Positions 57,568 to 64,000 of a stretch of DNA of 64,000 bases are shown here, piece by piece. The notes beneath the pieces were generated by a model, which did not search any database, was not told the origin of the DNA, and saw only the letters and a list, made by a program, of their open reading frames with translations. Source of the stretch: Anaerolineae bacterium (GTDB lineage Bacteria; Chloroflexota; Anaerolineae; S140-20); contig JALUTT010000056.1 in assembly GCA_027021705.1 (NCBI GenBank), forward strand, positions 32,001 to 96,000, written 5' to 3'. Both the position numbers and the translations under genes were made by a program. The first letter of the stretch is position 1, and each line of letters starts with the position of its first letter.

Positions 57568-58731
57568 ATGCCCTCAACCCGCTTGGTGGCCGACATCGAG
57601 AAGCAACTGGAGCACTTCCGCCTGGCCCTTCGGCTGGAGGTGGGGACCGAGGTCCTGGTCCTCTTCGGTCCCTCCGGCGCGGGCAAGACGACGGTCCTGA
57701 ACGCCATCGCCGGGCTGATGACCCCCGATGCCGGGGAGATCACGCTGGACGGGCGGCCCTTCTTCCGACGTCACCGCCCCGGGCCGGCGGTGAACCTGCC
57801 GGCCCGCAAGCGGCGGATCGGCTACGTCTTCCAGCAGTACGCCCTCTTCCCCCATCTGACGGCGCTGGAGAACGTGGCCTACCCCCTGCGACGCCGGCGG
57901 GACGGGCCTCAGCAGGCGATGGCCCTCCTGAAGAAGATGGGCATCGCCCACCTGGCCCATCGTTACCCCCACGAGATGTCCGGCGGCCAGCAACAGCGGG
58001 TCGCCATCGCCCGGGCCCTGGCCGCCGACCCCCAGGTCCTCCTCCTGGACGAGCCCTTCTCGGCGCTGGACACCACCTTGCGCGAACGGCTCCAGCGGGA
58101 GCTGCGCGACCTGCAGCGGGAGCTGGAGCTGGTGGTGCTCTACGTAACCCACAGCTTGGAAGATGCCTTCGCCGTGGGCCATCGGCTGGCGGTCATCCGT
58201 CAAGGGCAGGTCGAGCAGATGGGGCCGGTGGAGGCCGTCTTCCGCCGCCCGACGAACCGCCAGGTGGCGGAGATCATGGGCATCCGTAACCTCTTCCACG
58301 CCCGCGTGGTGGAACGGAGGGCGACAGGCTTGGTGCTGGATTGGGACGGGCTGCGGCTGGAAGCGCCCCCCCAGCCGGCCGGGGTGGGGGAGGTGGTGAC
58401 CGCCTACATCCGCCCCGAGGACATCAAGGTGCTCTACCCCGACCGACCCTTGCGGCCCATCCTCCGGCCCAACCAGGTGGTCGGTCGGATCGTGCAACGG
58501 CAGCCCAACTCCAGCTTCCAGACCCTGCGGGTCGCCCTGGCCAACGGCCACCAGGTGGAGATCCGGTTCCCCGTCTACGCCTACGCGCCCCTTTCGCTGA
58601 GGCCGGGGGAGGAGGTCCACCTCTCCCTCCGCAAAGATGGGTTGGTGATCCTCCACCCGCCCCCCTCGCGCCGGTCGGGCTCGGAGCCGTCGGGCTTGGA
58701 AAGCCCTCCTACGGCAGCAGACCGGATGTAG
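57568..58731 (+). CDS. modC: Molybdate ABC transporter ATP-binding protein with TOBE domain
   Basis: GPSGAGKT, MSGGQQQR, LLDEPF; the stop lies inside the first REP unit. Confidence 0.9.
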   Translation: MPSTRLVADIEKQLEHFRLALRLEVGTEVLVLFGPSGAGKTTVLNAIAGLMTPDAGEITLDGRPFFRRHRPGPAVNLPARKRRIGYVFQQYALFPHLTALENVAYPLRRRRDGPQQAMALLKKMGIAHLAHRYPHEMSGGQQQRVAIARALAADPQVLLLDEPFSALDTTLRERLQRELRDLQRELELVVLYVTHSLEDAFAVGHRLAVIRQGQVEQMGPVEAVFRRPTNRQVAEIMGIRNLFHARVVERRATGLVLDWDGLRLEAPPQPAGVGEVVTAYIRPEDIKVLYPDRPLRPILRPNQVVGRIVQRQPNSSFQTLRVALANGHQVEIRFPVYAYAPLSLRPGEEVHLSLRKDGLVILHPPPSRRSGSEPSGLESPPTAADRM

Positions 58732-59010
58732 GAGGCCCTTCCAGGGCCGAGCTTCCGGGCCGAACGCACGTCGAGCTTGGAAAGCTCTCCTACAGCAGCA
58801 GACCGGATGTAGGAGGCCCTTCCAGGGCCGAGCTTCCGGGCCGAACGCACGTCGAGCTTGGAAAGCTCTCCTACAGCAGCAGACCGGGCGTAGGAGGCCC
58901 TTCCAGGGCCGAGCTTCCGGGCCGAACGCACGTCGAGCTTGGAAAGCTCTCCTACAGCAGCAGACCGGGCGTAGGAGGCCCTTCCAGGGCCGAGCTTCCG
59001 GGCCGAACGC
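58690..59010. repeat. Four 81-bp tandem units of inverted GTAG-type REP doublets (BIME/REPIN-like)
   Basis: Units at 58690, 58771, 58852 and 58933: tcgagcttggaaagctctcctac-15 nt-gtaggaggcccttccagggccga-20 nt. Confidence 0.92.
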
Positions 59011-59834
59011 TAGCCGCTCCGGTGGAGCTTGCCGGCCCGCTTGGCGTACCGCTCCGCCAGGCCGAAGACCCACAGCCCAACGGGAACGGCTATCAGGCCC
59101 ATCACCAGCACCGGCCAGACGTAGGGCCAGAGGCGCAGGGTAGGCAGCCCCTCCAGCAGCGCCCGACGGGTCCCCTCCAGTACGTAGGTGGCCGGGCTGA
59201 GGATGGCCAACCGCTGCAGGAAGGCGGGCAGCACCTCCACCGGGTAGTAGACGCCCGAGACCAGCAGCAGCATAGCGATGACGACGTGGGTCATCTGGGA
59301 GCCCCGCTCCGGGAACAGGAGGGGCAGGATCGAGGCCATAATCCCCACGCCGATGAAGGAGAGGCTGCCGGCCATCAGCATCAGTGTGCCGCCGAAGAGG
59401 TTGGCCCCCTTTAGGCTGATGTCGAAGAGCAACACCGTCACCAACAGGATGACGGCGGTGAAGGCCAGGCTGTAGAGGACGGCGAAGAGGGTCTGGCCGG
59501 CCATGTGGGTGATGCGCCGGATGGGGGCCATCAGGGTGTACTCGATGGTCCCCTCCCAGCGCTCCATCCCGATCACGTCGGTGATCCAGTAGAAGATCAT
59601 CGAGAGATAGCGCCAAACCAGCGTCCCGATCACCAGGTAGAGCACCAAGAAGCGGGCATCCATCTCTTGACCGCTGATCCGCTCCATTCCCAGGCCAATG
59701 TAGCTGACGGAGAGGCTGTTGGCGATGGAGTAGACCAGCCAGACCATCTCCCAGGACCAGTACCGTTTAACCAGGTTGGCGTTGCGCTCCACAAAGGCGT
59801 AAGAGGCACGCAGTTGGTGTAGGGCCATTGACAT
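59010..59834 (-). CDS. ABC-2 type exporter permease
   Basis: ERWEGTIEYTLMAP, SGVYYPVEVLP, SPATY; six TM helices. Confidence 0.9.
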   Translation of the reverse strand: MSMALHQLRASYAFVERNANLVKRYWSWEMVWLVYSIANSLSVSYIGLGMERISGQEMDARFLVLYLVIGTLVWRYLSMIFYWITDVIGMERWEGTIEYTLMAPIRRITHMAGQTLFAVLYSLAFTAVILLVTVLLFDISLKGANLFGGTLMLMAGSLSFIGVGIMASILPLLFPERGSQMTHVVIAMLLLVSGVYYPVEVLPAFLQRLAILSPATYVLEGTRRALLEGLPTLRLWPYVWPVLVMGLIAVPVGLWVFGLAERYAKRAGKLHRSG

Positions 59835-59835
59835 C

Positions 59836-60675
59836 TCAGCCTCCCGATTCTGGTTCTTCTTCGGTAAGCGGTCGCCCCGTCAACGCCAGGAAGACGTCCT
59901 CCAGAGTAGGCAGGTCCCCGTTTTGCTGGGGCACCAGGGCTTTCAGGTTGCCGGGGGTGTCAAGGGCCACGATGCGCCCCCGGTCCATAATGGCGATGCG
60001 GTCGCAGAGGACCTCGGCTTCCGCCATATCGTGGGTGGTGAGCAGGATGGTCGTCCCGTGCACCTCCCGCAGCTCCCGCACCACCGCCTGCACCTCCCGC
60101 TTGGAGCGGGGGTCTAGGCCGGTGGTCGGCTCGTCCAGCAGCAATAGGCGGGGGCGGGAGAGGAGGGCGCGGGCGATGGCGACCTTCTGCTGCATGCCGC
60201 GCGACATCTCCTCCATCGGGCGGTAGATGACCCGCTCTTCCAGCCCCAGCCGGGTGAGGATTTCGACCACCTGGCGGCGGATCTCGCGCCCGCCCATTCC
60301 GTAAAGGCGGGCCCCGTACTGCAGGTTCTCCATCGGCGAGAGCTTCTTGAAGAAACTGGCCTCGACCGAGACGCGGTTGATCAGCCGCTGGACCTGCATA
60401 GCCTGTCGGACCACGTCGTAGCCGAAGACCAGGATCTCCCCGCCGTCGGGGAGGAGCAGGGTGGCGATCAGCCGGATCAGGGTGGACTTGCCGGAACCGT
60501 TAGGCCCCAGCACTCCGAAGATCTCCCCCTCCCGCACAGTGAAGGAGACGTGGTCCACAGCGACCACACGGGGTTGTCCATTGCCGCTCCCCCTTTGGCG
60601 CAGGCGCTGCCAGAGGGGGACCCCACGCTTGCCAAAGTGTTTGTACGCCTCACGGACGATGACAGCCTCTGACAT
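59836..60675 (-). CDS. ABC exporter ATP-binding protein (DrrA/NodI-like)
   Basis: GPNGSGKST, MSRGMQQK, LDEPTTGLDP, TTHDM, TLEDVF. Confidence 0.92.
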   Translation of the reverse strand: MSEAVIVREAYKHFGKRGVPLWQRLRQRGSGNGQPRVVAVDHVSFTVREGEIFGVLGPNGSGKSTLIRLIATLLLPDGGEILVFGYDVVRQAMQVQRLINRVSVEASFFKKLSPMENLQYGARLYGMGGREIRRQVVEILTRLGLEERVIYRPMEEMSRGMQQKVAIARALLSRPRLLLLDEPTTGLDPRSKREVQAVVRELREVHGTTILLTTHDMAEAEVLCDRIAIMDRGRIVALDTPGNLKALVPQQNGDLPTLEDVFLALTGRPLTEEEPESGG

Positions 60676-60693
60676 CGTTTCACCTCGCTCGTA

Positions 60694-60738
60694 AGGAAAA
60701 GAAAAAGGCCACGGAGAGGGTCAGGGAACCCCGTGGCC
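60694..60738 (-). terminator. Proximal leader terminator hairpin
   Basis: ggccacgg/ccgtggcc stem followed on the minus strand by TTTTTCTTTTCCTT. Confidence 0.65.
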
Positions 60739-60757
60739 AGGGAAGGGCGAAGACAGG

Positions 60758-60800
60758 CCAAAAGGAAGCGGCCACGGGGCTGGAGTGCGCCCGTGGCCGC
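60758..60800 (-). terminator. Attenuator terminator hairpin
   Basis: 11-bp stem gcggccacggg/cccgtggccgc followed on the minus strand by TTCCTTTT. Confidence 0.7.
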
Positions 60801-60822
60801 AATAAGGACCGAAAAAGATTAC

Positions 60823-60915
60823 CTACTTTTCAGGGGGCGCACTCCAGAAGTGGAAAGAAACACTGCTGCTAGGAACGGTGCGCAGGCGGATGATGGGGCG
60901 AAAGCCGCCGAACAT
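60823..60915 (-). CDS. Putative 30-aa leader peptide MFGGFRPIIRLRTVPSSSVSFHFWSAPPEK
   Basis: Perfect AAGGAGG SD (60930-60924); lies downstream of the promoter; overlaps the antiterminator. Confidence 0.65.
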   Translation of the reverse strand: MFGGFRPIIRLRTVPSSSVSFHFWSAPPEK

Positions 60916-60970
60916 TGGGTGCGCCTCCTTTCTTGCATCTCTTGCACTGAAGATCGGAAGAAGTGCCAAA

Positions 60971-60999
60971 AGTGTACCACAATTCGGGCAGGGCGTCAA
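60971..60999 (-). promoter_or_regulatory. sigma70 promoter of the leader/ABC exporter operon
   Basis: TTGACG-17 nt-TACACT, with TG extension. Confidence 0.7.
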
Positions 61000-61011
61000 G
61001 GTCATTTCCGC

Positions 61012-61164
61012 GGTGATTACCCACAAGTGAGCGAGAGCGTGGTCCGTAGCAGGCCGTCCACGAATTTCTCACCAATGCACGATTGAGGCGGTCCTTCATT
61101 CGTGTATTCGTGCCCCCTTCGTGGACGGCTAGCCTCCCTATCTCCAAAGATATGGGTAATCACC
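61012..61164 (+). mobile_element. 153-bp MITE copy
   Basis: Near-identical to 52462-52614; flanks ggtcatttccgc / ggtcctttccgt. Confidence 0.9.
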
Positions 61165-63166
61165 GGTCCTTTCCGTCCACGGTGATCATGCCCACGACGA
61201 CCTCATCCCCCACCCGGCTGCGGGCATCGGTGAAAGCGGCGAAGGGGGAGCCGCTGTCGTACCAGCCCACCAAGAGAGGGTAGCGCCCTGGAGCTACCTC
61301 ATCCGGCAGGAGGACCTCGAAGCGCTCCCGTACCCCTTGGCCCGGCTGCCACGCCGTCGTGGGGTACAGCGCCAGGGTGGGGAGGTGGACGATGCGGGCA
61401 TCGTCCACGCCCCCCAGCCGGCTCACCGCCAGCAGGGGAGGGCGATCGGCCAGAGAGCCTAGAGCGATCCAGTCGTAGCGCAGGCGGAACCGCCGCCCGC
61501 CCAGGGGCTCCACCTCTGCCCCCACCAACCCGATGGCCTCCCCAAAGCGGGCCTGAAGGGGGGAAGGATCGGCGGCAAACCACTCGACCTGCTGCCCCAG
61601 CGCCCGGCCGGCCGGTGGGTGGCGCTGGAAGAGGAGTAAGCCATCCCGGGCAGCCACCAGCCCGAAGGCCGGATCGCGCAGCAGCAGCGTGATGGCAGGC
61701 ACGTCGTACATCACGCCGCCGGCGATGTAGGCCCCCTTGACGGGAACGGCGTAGTCGAAGAGGGCATCGGGCAGCGCGTAGGCCACCTCATCCAGACGAC
61801 GGGCCAGACGCAGGGAGGCCGGGCTGGGGGGCTCGTCCCCATAGCGCACCAGGTAGAGGGTCGGGCGGTTGGTCAGGCGTGGGGCCAGAAAGGTGGAGAC
61901 CGCCAAGGGGAGGTCGGGAGGGACTTGGGCCGGCAGCCAGCGATCCTTAAGGGCATCGCGGGAGGTACGGCCATAGGCCCAGGGGTCAAGGCCCCGCCCG
62001 GGCACCCCCGTCCAGAAGAGGGGGCTGAGAGGGGTGTCCACGAGCCCCGCGTTGAAGAGGGCAACGATGGCCAGGGTCAGGAAGACCTGCCCCCGCCAGG
62101 GCGGGCGGGTTCTCCGCCGATCGGAGGCCTGAAGTGCCGGCCCCCTGACCAGGGCAGCGGCACCGTAGACAATGGCGGCCACCAGGAAGGGGACGGCCAG
62201 GGCGTAGTGGTGGTAGCGGTAGTCATAGACGGGGCCGGGGCCGGTGCTGAGGAGCACGGGGAGGGCGATGATGGCGGCCGGGAGGAACCAAGAGGGGGCG
62301 TGGCGTCCCAGCAGCAGGGCCGGGCCGAAGACTACGATGCCGTTCAGGAGCCGGTCGCCCACCGTGGCAGGCACCAACCGGTTCAGCGCCCCGAAGTAGA
62401 AGGTCAGCAGGTAGTCCAGGCCGGTGGGAGAGGGAGGAGGCATCTGGGCCGGGGCAAAGAGGGGCTGCACGACCAGGAGGGCCATCCCTGTCCAGGCCAG
62501 ACCGGCCAGGATGGTGATCCGGCCCATCCGGCGCTCGCCCCGCCATCCGATGACCACCCCCAGGGTGGTGACGACGATGCCCACGTAGAGCTTGCAGCTG
62601 AGGGCCAGGGCCAGCCAGAGGGCGTAGGGCCGCCAGGCCCGACGGTCGAGAGCCTCGATGGTCAGGAGCAGCAAGGGCATCGCCAGGGTGTCGCCGTGAA
62701 AATCGAAGAGCACAGCGGTCTGGGCAACAGGGTAGAGCAGGTAGCTCAGCATCAGCGCCCGAGCAGCGTTCCGGCTGCCGGTGTGGCGCAGGACCAGCCG
62801 GTAGACAGGCAACGCCCCCAACGTGAAGAGGGCCGCCTGGACCACCAGCAGGAGGCGGGGATCGGGCCAGAGCCGGTAGGGGAGGGCGAGGAGGAAGTAG
62901 ATCACCTCGACGTGGAGGGCAAGACGGCTGAGGTTACCTTCCGTAAAGGTGAACTCCAGGGGCCGCCCGTGACCGGCACTCCAGATCGCCTGAGCCATAT
63001 TGCCCAGATCGAACATCCCAACGTTGTAAGCCCCGTAGCGCATCAAGCTGAGGGTGGTCAGCATCCCCCCCACGACCAGTGCCATCACCAACGCCCACCC
63101 ATCCATTGGAGGCGGATGATGGCCCCTAACCCTCGCCGCCGGTCGGTCAACGGCCTGGCTCATCAT
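61160..63166 (-). CDS. DUF2079 GT-C-like membrane protein with a C-terminal Ig-like domain
   Basis: FDLGNMAQAIWS...LALH, LFDFH, YHY; ARFGEAIGLVG...YPTTAWQPG...GRYPLLVGWY. Confidence 0.85.
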   Translation of the reverse strand: MMSQAVDRPAARVRGHHPPPMDGWALVMALVVGGMLTTLSLMRYGAYNVGMFDLGNMAQAIWSAGHGRPLEFTFTEGNLSRLALHVEVIYFLLALPYRLWPDPRLLLVVQAALFTLGALPVYRLVLRHTGSRNAARALMLSYLLYPVAQTAVLFDFHGDTLAMPLLLLTIEALDRRAWRPYALWLALALSCKLYVGIVVTTLGVVIGWRGERRMGRITILAGLAWTGMALLVVQPLFAPAQMPPPSPTGLDYLLTFYFGALNRLVPATVGDRLLNGIVVFGPALLLGRHAPSWFLPAAIIALPVLLSTGPGPVYDYRYHHYALAVPFLVAAIVYGAAALVRGPALQASDRRRTRPPWRGQVFLTLAIVALFNAGLVDTPLSPLFWTGVPGRGLDPWAYGRTSRDALKDRWLPAQVPPDLPLAVSTFLAPRLTNRPTLYLVRYGDEPPSPASLRLARRLDEVAYALPDALFDYAVPVKGAYIAGGVMYDVPAITLLLRDPAFGLVAARDGLLLFQRHPPAGRALGQQVEWFAADPSPLQARFGEAIGLVGAEVEPLGGRRFRLRYDWIALGSLADRPPLLAVSRLGGVDDARIVHLPTLALYPTTAWQPGQGVRERFEVLLPDEVAPGRYPLLVGWYDSGSPFAAFTDARSRVGDEVVVGMITVDGKDR

Positions 63167-64000
63167 CCTCTTCGATCACCACTGACTCCTCCTCGAAGAG
63201 AAGCCCACAGGTCGGACAGATGACGTCGTCGGGTAGGAGCTCAGCACCGCACTGGGGGCAGACCAGGACCAGGTCCGCTCCGCAGAGGGCGCAGCGGGTC
63301 TCCGCCTCCTGCACCGGGGCACCGCAGAGCGGGCAGAGGGGCTGACCGCAAGCCTCACATTCCGGGGATTCCGGAGGGACGGGGACGCTGCAGCGGGGGC
63401 AGTGCTGTCCCAAGGCACCGCCACAGCGGGGGCAGGCCGTCTCCTCAGGGAACACCTGCAGGTAGCAGTGAGGGCAGAGGGGATCACCGCAGCGCGGGCA
63501 TCGTCCCTGCTGGGGGAAGAAGCTGGTCCCGCAGCCCGGGCAGATGACCCAGGAGACAGCGGTACCGTCCACCTCCTGGGTGACCTGGGCGGCCACAGGA
63601 CGGCGCAGGAGGGGGATCGGTGTTCCGCACTCCGGGCAGCGCTCCGGGCTGCCAAAGAGGAGGGTTCCACAGGCGGGGCAGTGGCGGACGAAGAGTAGCC
63701 CACACTCCGGGCAGGCTTCGGCGGTGGCGAGGAGCTCAAAGTCGCAATCGGGGCAGGGGAAGGTGAGGGTCAGGCCGCAGTTGAAGCAGCGCCGCTCCTC
63801 TTCCCGCACGGCTGCGCCGCAGCCGGGGCAGAGGAGCTGACCGCAGGCCAAACAGTGCCCATCGCTGAGGGTGACGGCCGAGCCGCAGTGGGGGCAGACC
63901 GGCCCTTCCTCCCCCTCTGCCTCTTCCTCTTCGTCGGTACCCACCTCCAGGGGGTGGCATCGGGGGCAGGCGGGCAGGCCGGCGGGGATAGGCTGCTCGC
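63147..64000 (-). CDS. Poly double-zinc-ribbon protein; 5' end lies outside the window
   Basis: At least 19 CxxC motifs; the frame stays open to the window edge (EQPIPAGLPACPRC). Confidence 0.8.
   Translation of the reverse strand, partial: EQPIPAGLPACPRCHPLEVGTDEEEEAEGEEGPVCPHCGSAVTLSDGHCLACGQLLCPGCGAAVREEERRCFNCGLTLTFPCPDCDFELLATAEACPECGLLFVRHCPACGTLLFGSPERCPECGTPIPLLRRPVAAQVTQEVDGTAVSWVICPGCGTSFFPQQGRCPRCGDPLCPHCYLQVFPEETACPRCGGALGQHCPRCSVPVPPESPECEACGQPLCPLCGAPVQEAETRCALCGADLVLVCPQCGAELLPDDVICPTCGLLFEEESVVIEEDDEPGR

Noticed and set aside
58690..59010. CRISPR array
   Set aside because: The inter-repeat sequences are essentially identical, it has a REP-like palindrome structure, and there are no cas genes.
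57574..59616. 680-aa minus-strand ORF spanning the permease, REP array and modC
   Set aside because: Off-frame/antisense shadow. It stays open through the array only because 81 is a multiple of 3.

Overview
GC-rich bacterial chromosome segment. The gene content (many GT-C/DUF2723 membrane glycosyltransferases, secreted proteins ending in xLP[VI]xxR, short repeat arrays) suggests Chloroflexota, probably Anaerolineae-like; this is an inference. From left to right: (1) a partial acyl-CoA/thioester-reductase-type SDR, divergent from a four-gene operon with an AttH/CrtC-like protein, two paralogous phospho-His 'swivel' proteins and a separate ATP-grasp subunit, i.e. a split PEP-synthase/rifampin-phosphotransferase-like dikinase; (2) an SBP-VWA protein and an atypical OmpR regulator behind a rod-shaped RNA candidate; (3) a ~20 kb surface-glycan locus (GT-C, GH-A-like, Wzt, GT2/GT4, an AT-rich GT-C, FG-GAP); (4) a minus-strand operon lepB-deoC-YgiT-ppa-adenylate cyclase-hypothetical-CpaE-like-FAD oxidoreductase; (5) roadblock protein, pyrG, S1 protein, DsbA/VKOR, DapA-family aldolase, an atypical ADP-forming CoA ligase with a fused ferredoxin, CysQ/IMPase, lipoprotein, M50 protease, a second GH-A-like protein and rfbC; (6) a PTPS-related GT-C, modABC, an ABC exporter behind a leader-peptide attenuator, DUF2079 and a poly-zinc-ribbon protein. 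The main non-coding observations are a GGTGATTACC-ended MITE family whose four copies all sit 11-13 nt upstream of a sigma70 -35 box with the same end facing it, a GTAG-type REP array, two other tandem arrays, and an RLR-containing leader-peptide attenuator. I found no tRNA, rRNA, CRISPR array or transposase. All family calls come from motif recognition by eye, not database searches.
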